This document shows positions 49,540 through 59,127 of a DNA stretch of 64,000 bases, piece after piece. The position numbers and the translations under genes are program-made. The stretch comes from Candidatus Eiseniibacteriota bacterium (GTDB lineage: Bacteria; Eisenbacteria; RBG-16-71-46; SZUA-252): contig OY969801.1 of assembly GCA_963703225.1 (NCBI GenBank), forward strand, positions 2,624,001 through 2,688,000. The letters run 5' to 3'. Within the stretch, counting starts at the first letter, position 1; the number at the start of each line of letters is the position of its first letter. The notes beneath the pieces are model-generated. The model was not told where the DNA came from and did no database searches. It saw only the letters and a list, made by a program, of their open reading frames with translations.

Positions 49540-50989
49540 ATGACCGACGGCGATCGATTTCGCTCCCTGGCGCATCGCGCGGCCGACATCGCCGCGGACC
49601 ACCTGGAAGGAGCGGCTCGGGGACCCGTATTCCGGCCGATGACCGGGGAGGAGCGACGCGCTACTCCTCGACCTGCCCCTCCCGGAGCAAGGCCAGCGCC
49701 CCGAGGACGCGCTCGAATTCGCGAGCGCGACCATCCTCTCCCACCCCATGGGAAATGGACACCCGCGCTTCTTCGGATGGGTGAATTCTCCGCCGTCGCC
49801 CGAGGGAATCGCAGCCGAGCTTCTGGCCGCGGCGCTCAATCCGAGCGTCGCGGGGGGCGACCATGCGGCCGTCTACCTGGAGCGCGGCGTCGTTCGTTGG
49901 CTCATGGAGCTGGTCGGATATCCCGTGGCCGGGAGCATGGGGATCCTCGTCAGCGGCGGCTCGGTCGCGAGCCTGATCGGGCTGACCGCGGCGCGCCACA
50001 GGGCCGCACGGGACGACGGGTGGAACGTCCGGGAGGAAGGGCTCCAAGGCGGGAGGCCCCGGCTCGTGCTCTACGTGACGGGCGAAGGGCATTCGGCCCT
50101 TCGAAAGGCGGCGGAGATTCTGGGCCTCGGCTCGGCGTCGGTCCGCGTGGTCGCCACCGATGCCGAGCTTCGGATGGACGTCCGGGCGCTTCGGAAGGCG
50201 ATCGCGCAGGACCGCGCGGCCGGGAAACGCCCCTTCTGCGTCGCGGCCAGCGCCGGGACGGTCAACTCGGGCGCGATCGACCCGCTCGCGGAGATCGCCG
50301 AGGTCTGCTCGGGAGAGAGGCTCTGGCTCCACGTCGACGGCGCCTACGGGGCGTTCGGCGCCGCGGTCCCCTCGCTGGCGCCGCTCTACGAGGGGATGGC
50401 TCGCGCCGACTCGCTCGCGCTCGATCCGCACAAGTGGCTCTCGGTGCCGATCGAGTGTGGCTGCGCCCTGATCCGGGACGGCGCGCTGCTGCGCGACGCC
50501 TTCAGCCTCGTGCCGCCCTACTTGCGGACCGAGGAGGGAAAGGGGTTCGGCGGTCTCCCGTGGTTCTCCGAGTACGGGCCCCAGCAGACGCGCGGATTTC
50601 GCGCGCTCAAGCTCTGGATGACGATCCGATCGATGGGGCGCCGCGGAATCGCGGCTCGGGTCGAGCGCCACGTCGCGCTGGCGCGGCGGCTTGCTTCCAA
50701 GATCGACGGAGCGGCCGACCTGGAACGGCTCGCCCAGGGCCCGCTCTCGATCGTCTGCTTCCGCTACGCGCCCGCCGCGCTCGCGGGACAGGAAGAGCGG
50801 CTCGACGCGCTCAACAAGGCGGTCATGGAGCGGGTGCAGGCGGGCGGCGAGGCGTTTCTCTCGGGGACCACCATCCGGGACCGATTTGCGCTCCGGGCCT
50901 GCGTCCTGCATGATGGAACGACCGAAGCGGACATCGACGCACTGGTCGAAATCACGAGACGGGCGGGAGTGGAATGCGCGCGATCATAG
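49540..50989 (+). CDS. Group II PLP-dependent amino-acid decarboxylase; one +1 frameshift
   Basis: HPRFFGWV, SGGS, AGTVNSGAID, WLHVDGAYG, LDPHKWL; break near 49663. Confidence 0.88.
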
Positions 50990-51865
50990 TTGATGCCTTC
51001 ACGCTTCAGCCGGGCGCGGGAAACCGGGCCGGGATCGTCCCGGATGCGGCGGCTCTCGACGAAGCGGCGATGCAGCGCGCCGCCGCCGCGGTCGCGGCGT
51101 CGGAGACGGCCTTCGTGCTCCCACCGCCCGCTGGCGCCGCGGTGCGGCTGCGGTACTTCACTCCCAGCGACGAGATCAAGTTCTGCGGCCACGCCACGGT
51201 CGCCTCGTTTCACTGGCTTGCCGAGACCGGCGCGCTCTCCGTCCCCGGTCGTCACACGCTCGACTGCCCCGCCGGCCGGCTCGAAATCGATCTCGAGCGC
51301 GAGGCCGACGGACGGTGTCGCGTCTGGATGGCCACCCCTCGCTATCCGTTTCAGGCCGAACCCGATCGCGGAGGCCACGCTCCTCGGGCTCCTGGGCGGC
51401 AATCAGGCGATGCGCGATCGGGAGCTTCCGATCGAGCACGCGGGGCACCATCTCTACGTCCCGATCAAGAAGCGCGCCGATCTCTGGAGCTTGACGCCGC
51501 AGTGGGACGCGCTCGCCGCGGAGGGAGATCGCCACGGCGTCCGCGGCTATTACGTCTTCACCCGGGACGTGGTGGAGGCGGAGAGCGCGTCGCACGGACG
51601 ATACTTCGCCCCTTCGCTTGGAGTCCGGGAGGATCCGGTGACCGGTTCGGCCAGCGGGCCGCTCGCGGAGTACCTGGCTCGGCATGGCGTCTTGAAGTTC
51701 CCGAGCGGCGGGGGTCCGGCGCGAGGGCGCGCCGAGCAGGGCGACGCGATGGGCAAGCCGGGGCGGCCGGAGCTGGAAGTCACGGGCACGCCCGACCACG
51801 TACAGGGAGTCCGGGTCGGGGGCGTCGCGGTCACCGTGCTCGACGGAACGCTCCGCAAGTTCTAG
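50974..51865 (+). CDS. PhzF family isomerase/epimerase; one +1 frameshift
   Basis: VDAFT, GNRAG, SETAF, FCGHAT, EDPVTGSA; break near 51355. Confidence 0.88.
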
Positions 51866-52590
51866 CCCAGCTTCTTCCCCACGATTCGAAGCCCCGCCGC
51901 CGTGAGATCGCGCTCGCGAAGAAGCCGGGATTCCAGTTCCAAGATCCGCCGCGCGACCCGCGCGCCCCGCTCACTCTCCTCCAGCCTCTCGCAAAAGCTT
52001 CGGTAGAGGTAGGGAGCTTCGTCCCCGGCCGTGATCTCGAAGTGTTCCCGCGCCGCCGCCAACATGGCGTGGCCCGTCTGGAGCGGCGGGTCGTGGGTGT
52101 GGTCCCTTCTCCACCGACCCAGCGGATTCCCCTCCTTGGCTTCGTCGCCCGACGGGGCGAGAACGCCCGTTTCCACGAGCACCGATTCCAGGTCGTAGTA
52201 CCAGCGCGCGGTGGGGAGCGTGACGCGGTCGTAGGCGAACTCCTCTCCGATCAAGAGCCCGGCAGGCTCGAGGAGCGCGTCGGCCCGCGCGATCGCTCCC
52301 TCGACTGGCGCCATGTGGTGAAGCGAGCGGGTGAAGAGCACCGCGGCGTAGGATTGCGAATCTTTGTGATGGAGAAAGTCGGCCTCGATCCACCGGACCT
52401 TCTCCGCGCCCGGAGAGTCGGGCCGGCCCGCTGCTTCGTCGATCGCGGTCACGTCGTATCCGCGGGCGGAGAGCGCGATGGCCACCGCCCCGTCGCCCGA
52501 TCCAACTTCGAGGACCCGGCGCGGCGGCGCGGGGAGCGCCCGCTCCAGAAAGCGAAGCGTCTCTTGAAGCGGGATCTCGGCCGGCTTCAT
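51862..52590 (-). CDS. Class I SAM-dependent methyltransferase
   Basis: VLEVGSGDG, FTRSLHH. Confidence 0.85.
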   Translation of the reverse strand: MKPAEIPLQETLRFLERALPAPPRRVLEVGSGDGAVAIALSARGYDVTAIDEAAGRPDSPGAEKVRWIEADFLHHKDSQSYAAVLFTRSLHHMAPVEGAIARADALLEPAGLLIGEEFAYDRVTLPTARWYYDLESVLVETGVLAPSGDEAKEGNPLGRWRRDHTHDPPLQTGHAMLAAAREHFEITAGDEAPYLYRSFCERLEESERGARVARRILELESRLLRERDLTAAGLRIVGKKLG

Positions 52591-52597
52591 GGGGGCG

Positions 52598-54929
52598 TCA
52601 AGGCGCCGAGTCCTCGCGCATCCGAACGGGCGACGCGGGAATGAGATCGAGCCGGATGGTGCGGCCAGCCCTGTCGGTCTGGCCAAAGGCCAAGACGCCG
52701 GTTGGACAGCTCTGCACGCAGGCGGAGCATCGGACGCACTCCGGATCGGTCATCGGCACGCCCTTGTTGGCGAAGCTCATCACGTCGATCCCCTGGTGGC
52801 AGACCGAGGTGCAAACGTTGCAGGAGATGCACTTCTTCTTCTCCGATACGATCGCGAAGCGGCTGAAGCGGGCAAAGACGTGCATCAGCGCGGCCAGCGG
52901 GCAGAAGAAGCGGCACCAGACGCGCCCCGAGTACCAGAAATAGACCCCATATCCCACCACGCCCGCCAGGAAGACATCGACGACCCACTTGTAGTGGGTC
53001 TTGAGCACCGGCTCGAAGATTTGGTCGGCCCAATTCCCGGCGGGAAGGATCCAGCCGACGATTCGTATCACGAGGAGCGCCACGGCGACGGCCAGGACGC
53101 CCTGCCCGGCCATGTTGAGCCGGTTCCAGAACGGCCCGTGCGGCATCTTGTGCCGGTGGGTGTCGCCGAGCGTTTCCGCGAGCGCGCCGCACGAGCAGAT
53201 CCAGCCGCAATAGACGCCCTTCCCGAAGTAGAAGATCCCGATCGGGATCAGGACGAACGTCTGAACGAAGCTGATGGCGAGCCACCAGCCGAGCGGCTGG
53301 TGGGTGAAGACGTTGTAGACGTTGAGCGGCCACGCGAGGATCAACCCGTACGCGCGCCAGTACTCGCGCCCGTGCCCGTAGGTGACCACCGGAAAGAGCG
53401 CGTCCGCGATCCCGCGCGGGAGGAGCCCGTGGTGGCCGAGGAGCGGGAGGATCACCTCCGGCAGGAGGAAGAGCGGAAGCACCTGAACCGCCATGAGCGT
53501 GAGCGTCTGCGCGGTGACGTAGGGTGTCTTCCGCCGGCGAATTCGCCGCACGCCGAAGATCGACGATGACGATGGAGTAGGCGACCGTGTACCAGAACGA
53601 CGGGCCCGAGGCGCTGATCGCGAGCGTTCCGAGGAGGGTTTTCGGATCGGCGGCGGCCACCGCGATCCCTCCGCCCGCCGCGCTGAGGAGATCGGGAAGG
53701 TTGAACGGGAACCAGTGGCGGGCGGCGAAGAGGTTCGCCATCGAGCCGCCCGACTTCCAGTTGTAGAGCCAGGAACAGAAGAGGAGAAAGAGCGCGAGCG
53801 TGGCCCAACGGGCCGGGCGCATTTCCCCCGCGATGCGGATCGCCGAGCGGCGGAAGAAATCGAGCGGCGCCTCTCGGCCGATCATCGCGAAGACGACGTC
53901 GTTCGGGATGACTTCAGCGCTGCCGTCAGCGCCCGCGAGCTTCACCTCCCGCTCTCCGATCTCGAGGACGCGCGTGCCGAGGCGGAGCGTGAGGCTCCCG
54001 GGCGCGTGGGGGCCCGCCGCGAACGAGCCGGCGGCCGTCGTCACGTGCTCCGAGGTGGGATGCTCCACCGCCACGTCGGCCATCGGGTCGCGGAGGAGCA
54101 TCTGGAGTTTCTCAGCGTTCTCATGCTTGGGCCTCGAGAACTCGGGCTTCCGGTGGGAGAGGGTGACATGCGCGCCGGCCCGGGTCAGCGCGATGGCGGC
54201 TTCGAGCGCCGAGTCGCCGCCCCCCACGACGAGAGCCTTCTTCCCCGTGAAATCGTTGGGGTCGTGGAGCCGGTTGTAGACATTGTCTCGATCCTCGCCG
54301 GGAACCCCGAGCATTCGGAAGTTTCCGCTCTGTCCGATCGCGACGAGGACCCGCCGCGCCCGGAGCGGCTCGCCCCCCGCGACATGCACTTTGATTTCCC
54401 CGCCGACCCGCTCGAGGCGCTCAGCGCGGCCTGGGATGGGGAGGACTCCCGCTGCCTCCGTCTGGCGGCGAAGCTCATCCAGGAGCGCTTCCTTGACGTC
54501 GGCCGAGACCTGAAGGTCGCCAGCCGGCGTCATCGCCTTGGGGTAGGTGTAGATCGGCTTCGCCTTGGGGAAATTGACGATCGTGAAGAACGGCTCGGCC
54601 GCCTCGAGGATCGCGAAGGAGAGATTCTGTTTCTTCGCCTCGATTGCCGCGGCCATTCCGGAGACACCGGCGCCGATGATGACGAGGTCATGGAGGCCGG
54701 TACTGGGTGGAGCGGCGCGGAGCGAAGGGTCGCGGGCGATCCGCTGGACGACCTTGGCGCCGGTGTCGAGCGAGAATTTGAGGAGCGGAATGCCGGTGAG
54801 GTCGCCCGAGACGTAGACGCCCGGCACGCTCGTGCTCCCGCCTTCGCGGATCTCCGGGAGCGGCTCCACGGTGCCCGCGGGCCACCGCGTGTGAAGCCAG
54901 CGCGCGTATCGGGCGATCAGGCCGGGCAT
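52598..54929 (-). CDS. TrxR-like FAD/NAD(P)H oxidoreductase fused to membrane 4Fe-4S (NapH-like) domain; one +1 frameshift
   Basis: GAGVSG, VVGGGDSALE; TM region; YCGWICSCG, WCRFFCP, CISCNVCTSVC, CVRCSACVQSCP; break near 53561. Confidence 0.82.
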
Positions 54930-54974
54930 GGGAGCCCGATGATACACGCCTCGATCAGAACGTGTGGGGTCGGG

Positions 54975-55556
54975 TCAGGGCGGGTTTTCGTCCCACCGAA
55001 CGATCTTCCAGAGGGTATCGGTGGGAGAAGACGATTCCGGCGTTGAGGGCTGGAAGGTGAACTTCATCAGCTCCTGAGCTCCGGAGACCGTGAGGGTCCC
55101 CATGAGAACATCGTCAACCGTGAGGCTCAATTGGCTACCACTGATCTGGATCACCGCCCACTCGGGGTGCGAGAGGTCATCGGATGGAAGCCGAGCCCAG
55201 CTTGATGCGGCCCCGAAACTGATATCGACGCTCACGATGGTCGTTGCCCTCGCGAGGGCTTGAATGTGACTCACCTCGTCCACATAGTGGAACGTGTCTG
55301 TGGTGCCATAAAGCAAGTCGTCGCTCCTCCCGACGTAGTCATAGTGGTACAGCGCCCTGTACTCCGTGCTGTCCCGGCGCGAATAGGCGGTCTCGAGCGC
55401 AGAGAGGACGTTTTGCGGGGTGCTCAAGACGGGATAGGTAGGAGCAACAGGGGGCTTGGGTTTGGCTGGATTGTTGTCGTCCCCACACCCCGCGAGCAGC
55501 GAGGCGGCTGAGAAAGCCGAGATCAGGGCAAGACGGAAACGAAGCGGGGCTCGCAT
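54975..55556 (-). CDS. Hypothetical lipoprotein
   Basis: SD GGGAGG; lipobox LAGC; ends ...LWKIVRWDE. Confidence 0.78.
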   Translation of the reverse strand: MRAPLRFRLALISAFSAASLLAGCGDDNNPAKPKPPVAPTYPVLSTPQNVLSALETAYSRRDSTEYRALYHYDYVGRSDDLLYGTTDTFHYVDEVSHIQALARATTIVSVDISFGAASSWARLPSDDLSHPEWAVIQISGSQLSLTVDDVLMGTLTVSGAQELMKFTFQPSTPESSSPTDTLWKIVRWDENPP

Positions 55557-55621
55557 CGGGCCTCCCAGAGTCACAGCCGGTTGGACCCGTCAGTATACGC
55601 TCGCCCCGAGGCGCCTTTTAG

Positions 55622-55668
55622 CTTTATGATACAAAGTACTTGACAACGCGGTGTCAATGGCCGATACT
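55622..55668 (+). promoter_or_regulatory. Sigma70 promoter with overlapping palindromes
   Basis: TTGACA (55640)-N17-GATACT (55663); inverted repeats CTTT-N7-AAAG and TTGACA-N6-TGTCAA. Confidence 0.7.
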
Positions 55669-55674
55669 CTATGC

Positions 55675-56283
55675 ATGAGCCTCGCGCTGGTCCCCGAAGA
55701 TCCCGAGCCCGAAATCCTTCAAGAGAAGGCCCTGGAGAGCATTCGGTACATCCGGAGCGCGATGGAGCGCGCCGGTTCGTTCACGGCGGTGCCGGGCTGG
55801 GGCGGCGTCGCGATGGGGGCCGTCGCGCTCGTCGGCGGATGGATCGCGGGCCATGCGGCCACGCCCAACGGCTGGCTCCGCGCGTGGCTCGTCACGGCAG
55901 CGGTCGCGTTCTTGATCGGCTGCTGGGCGATCGCGCAGAAGGCCCGTCGCGTCGAGACGCCGCTGGTCCGGGGCCCCGCCCTGCGGTTCCTTCTGACCCT
56001 CACCCCACCGCTCGCGGCGGGCGCGGTCCTGACGCCCTCCCTCGCGAGGGCGGGCCAGTACGATCTCCTTCCGGGCGTCTGGCTGCTCCTCTATGGGACG
56101 GCGGTCGCGACGGGAGGCGCCGCCTCCGTGCGGATCGTGCCGCTGCTGGGGCTTTGCTTCATGGCACTCGGCGTGGCGGCCCTCGCCGCCCCCGCCGCCT
56201 GGGGGAACGCGCTCCTTCTCCTCGGATTCGGGGGGCTCCAGATCGTCTTCGGAGTGATGATCGCGCGGAGGCACGGTGGCTAA
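55675..56283 (+). CDS. Hypothetical multi-TM membrane protein
   Basis: ALESIRYIRSAMERAGSFTAVPGWG, LPGVWLLLYG; ATG 6 nt after the -10. Confidence 0.8.
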   Translation: MSLALVPEDPEPEILQEKALESIRYIRSAMERAGSFTAVPGWGGVAMGAVALVGGWIAGHAATPNGWLRAWLVTAAVAFLIGCWAIAQKARRVETPLVRGPALRFLLTLTPPLAAGAVLTPSLARAGQYDLLPGVWLLLYGTAVATGGAASVRIVPLLGLCFMALGVAALAAPAAWGNALLLLGFGGLQIVFGVMIARRHGG

Positions 56284-56668
56284 CCGCGCACGCGCTCGTA
56301 CGCCGCGCGGATCCTCCCCCGCCAGATCGTCCGCCGCGGGGAGGCCTTCCGCAAAGCGCACGACGGAGAGGCTCCCCGATCTCGACCGCTTGATCCATGA
56401 GCCAGTCCGTCTCGGCATTGTGAGCGCGCTCGCGGCCGGCGGCCCGCTCAGCTTCGCCGAGCTGAAGCGCCTCCTCCAGACCTCGGACGGAAATCTCTCC
56501 GTCCACACTCGTAAGCTGGAAGACGCCGGCTACGTGACGTGCGCGAAGCGGTTCGAGGGGCGGGTCCCCCGGACGGAGTATCGACTCACCCGCCTGGGTC
56601 GGGACGCCTTGGAGCGCTACCTGTCCCACCTCGACGCACTGGTCCGGTGGGCCAGGGAGAGGACATGA
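56276..56668 (+). CDS. Winged-helix transcriptional regulator (ArsR/MarR-like)
   Basis: LDRLIHEPVRLGIVSAL, DGNLSVHTRKLEDAGYV, TEYRLT. Confidence 0.88.
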   Translation: MANRARARTPRGSSPARSSAAGRPSAKRTTERLPDLDRLIHEPVRLGIVSALAAGGPLSFAELKRLLQTSDGNLSVHTRKLEDAGYVTCAKRFEGRVPRTEYRLTRLGRDALERYLSHLDALVRWARERT

Positions 56669-57357
56669 CGGCCTACGTACCCCCGCTCGCGCCGATCGTC
56701 GTGCTCGCGTTCCTCGCCACGGCGTTCTTGCTCGCGGTCGCGGCCGCGGCCCTTCTCTACGCGGCGATATCCAAGAGGCGCGCGCTCGTCCTCCCGATCC
56801 TTACCGGCGCGGGCATGCTCCTCCTGGGCTACGGCGTCGTGCTCCTCACGGCCTCTGCGCTCAGCCAGGAGCGGGAGCTGCGGCGGGGGGAGCGGAAATA
56901 CTTCTGCGAGATCGACTGCCACCTCGCCTACTCGGTGGAGAACGTCGAGACCACGCCCGAGATCGGAGAGCCCCCACACGCCGTTCAGGCCGCAGGCCAA
57001 TTCTACGTCGTCACCCTGCGCGTGTGGTTCGATCCGACGACGATCTCCCCCAGACGCCCGCTCGACGTCCCGCTCTACCCAAATCCACGAACCGTCTATG
57101 TTCAGGACTGGGCTGGAAACCGCTACGAGCCTTCCGCCGCGGGGCAGCAGCTCCTGGCCTCACTGGGCCGTCCCTCGACGCCGCTCACGCAGCCGCTTCG
57201 GCCAGGGGAGTCGTACACCAACTGCCTGGTCTTCGATCTGCCAAAGGACGCGCGAAACCCACGGCTCTTTCTGGGAAACGGCACCGACATCGAGTTCCTG
57301 CTGATCGGGCACGAGATGAGCCCGGGGCACAAGCGGGTCTGGTTCCTGCTTCAGTAA
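56665..57357 (+). CDS. Hypothetical membrane-anchored protein with extracytoplasmic beta domain
   Basis: ATGA overlap with the wHTH gene; two N-terminal TMs; LRPGESY..LVFDLP. Confidence 0.75.
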   Translation: MTAYVPPLAPIVVLAFLATAFLLAVAAAALLYAAISKRRALVLPILTGAGMLLLGYGVVLLTASALSQERELRRGERKYFCEIDCHLAYSVENVETTPEIGEPPHAVQAAGQFYVVTLRVWFDPTTISPRRPLDVPLYPNPRTVYVQDWAGNRYEPSAAGQQLLASLGRPSTPLTQPLRPGESYTNCLVFDLPKDARNPRLFLGNGTDIEFLLIGHEMSPGHKRVWFLLQ

Positions 57358-57382
57358 GGGGGCCACCGGGCGGCGGCCCGGG

Positions 57383-58174
57383 TTACTTCTTGGTGGGTTT
57401 CGAGGATTCCGGGGCTTTGGCCGACTTCGGGGCGGTCGGCATTCCGGCGAGCCTCGCCCAGTCGTCCGGAGTCACCTGGGCCACGACTTCGAATTTCGTC
57501 TCTCCCAGAGGCTTGATGACGAAGCAATCACCCTCTTTGAGCTGGTCCCGCCGAAGGCCATCGATGATCGGGATGAGAAGGTCTTGGTGCGTGACCAGCA
57601 CCAAATTCTGAGGATCGTCCAACTCCGTGCTCATGAGGATGATCCTTGCCGCACGGTACTCCGGCCCTCTTCGAAACAGCTCGATGGAGGTCTGCTCCTG
57701 GCCAAAGGCGAGCCGCGCGGTGTCGCGGCACCGCCACATCGGGCTCGAAAGCACCGCGAGGATCGGGACGTCGAGGGCCCTGATGGCCTTTCCGATGGCG
57801 GTAGCTTGCTCCTCTCCCTCCTTGCTCAGGTTTCGCTGGGTTGACCGGTCTTCAAAGTTCTCGATGTCCGAGTCCTTCTGGCCCCAGTCGGTGATCGAGT
57901 GCCGGAAGACGAGGATGTACCCTCCCTCGCGGAGGCGCGGCGCGAGGGTCGAGTCGGGATGCGGGAATTCGACCTGAACCGTGGTATCGGGCGGCGCGGT
58001 GGAATCGGCCCTGGCCGCGATGGCGGGCGCCGCGGCGGCCGGGGTCGGAGGCGTGGGGGCCGGCGCGAACGATACCTGCGCGAACGATACCTGCGCGAAG
58101 ACGATGCTCAGCGTCGCGAAGGCGACGAGGGCGCCGATGGACGTGGTTAGGCTCCGGCGTGCCCCTGCGGTCAC
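57383..58174 (-). CDS. Secreted histidine phosphatase family protein
   Basis: ILVFRHS, RNLSKEG, SSPMWRCRDTA, LVLVTH; GTG start overlaps the upstream stop. Confidence 0.85.
   Translation of the reverse strand: MTAGARRSLTTSIGALVAFATLSIVFAQVSFAQVSFAPAPTPPTPAAAAPAIAARADSTAPPDTTVQVEFPHPDSTLAPRLREGGYILVFRHSITDWGQKDSDIENFEDRSTQRNLSKEGEEQATAIGKAIRALDVPILAVLSSPMWRCRDTARLAFGQEQTSIELFRRGPEYRAARIILMSTELDDPQNLVLVTHQDLLIPIIDGLRRDQLKEGDCFVIKPLGETKFEVVAQVTPDDWARLAGMPTAPKSAKAPESSKPTKK
58063..58099. repeat. 15-bp in-frame tandem repeat (2.5 copies)
   Basis: GCGCGAACGATACCT x2 plus GCGCGAA; encodes FAQVS-FAQVS-FA on the minus strand. Confidence 0.85.
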
Positions 58175-59019
58175 GCGGTACCCTCTCCAGCAACCATCTT
58201 GCTGCCGCTTCCGACGAGGCTCGGCATCTTGCTCCGGGTCATGAGCACGAAGAGCGCCAACGGCGCGGCGTAGCTTCCACCCCTCTCGATCCACTCCCAG
58301 AAGGGCGCGCCGGATACCGGATAGAGCAGCTCCGTGGCGACCTTCCAGACGAAGACAAAGAGGAGCAGCGGCGGCAGCGGCGCGACGAGAACGACGACTC
58401 CCAAGAGCATCTCGAACCAACCGATGCTCGGAACCAGAGCCGCGACTCCGCCCGGGAATCCCGAGAGCCCCGCGGTCGCGTATTGGTCCGCGAGCATCTT
58501 CTTCTGCATGAAGGCGCCATACCCCGCGTGGCCGATGATCAGGAGCGCGAGCGATATTCGCAGAATCATCGCGACCTTGGCCATCCGCGCCGCGTCCGGT
58601 GCCGGCGACGGGCGCGGCACGATCGGCTCGAACCACTCGCGCCACGAGCGCGCCCAGCCGCTCATGACCAGGAACGCGAGCGGAATACCGTAGTTCCCAG
58701 CTCGCTCGAGCACTTCCCAGTAACCCTGCCCGGCCATGGGTCTCAAGAATGCCGTGAAGAGGGCCCAAAAGGTCATCCAGGCCAGGACAAGGCGGCAGGG
58801 ACTCAGGAGCACGAATATCCCCATCATGATGTCGTTGGTTCCGATGATCGGCATCAGGCGGTAGGCCATCGGCTCGCTGATCCCGAGCGCATGGAAGAAG
58901 GCGACCCAAGCGGGCTTGGTGATGATCCCGAACGCCCCATGGCCGACAAAGGTCATGAAGCAGGAAATGCGGAGGATCCAGTGAATGGAGGGAGTGTAGG
59001 CGAAGGGGCGCTCGGTCAT
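58171..59019 (-). CDS. Internally duplicated DoxX-like membrane protein
   Basis: Two halves: ILRI...GHGAFG...WEVLERAGNYGIPLA and ILRI...GHAGYG...WEWIERGGSYAAPLA. Confidence 0.75.
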   Translation of the reverse strand: MTERPFAYTPSIHWILRISCFMTFVGHGAFGIITKPAWVAFFHALGISEPMAYRLMPIIGTNDIMMGIFVLLSPCRLVLAWMTFWALFTAFLRPMAGQGYWEVLERAGNYGIPLAFLVMSGWARSWREWFEPIVPRPSPAPDAARMAKVAMILRISLALLIIGHAGYGAFMQKKMLADQYATAGLSGFPGGVAALVPSIGWFEMLLGVVVLVAPLPPLLLFVFVWKVATELLYPVSGAPFWEWIERGGSYAAPLALFVLMTRSKMPSLVGSGSKMVAGEGTA

Positions 59020-59127
59020 CGGTGAAGCCTCTGGGTCGGGGCCCCGGCGGGCATGTGAGGGTGAATCCTGCATGCAATTGTACCCTACACTAACAGAAAC
59101 TCTTCATGATTGCAACGGTTTACGAGT

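Noticed and set aside
50974..51865. Phenazine biosynthesis cluster
   Set aside because: Only a lone PhzF-family gene is present; no phzA/B/D/E/G.
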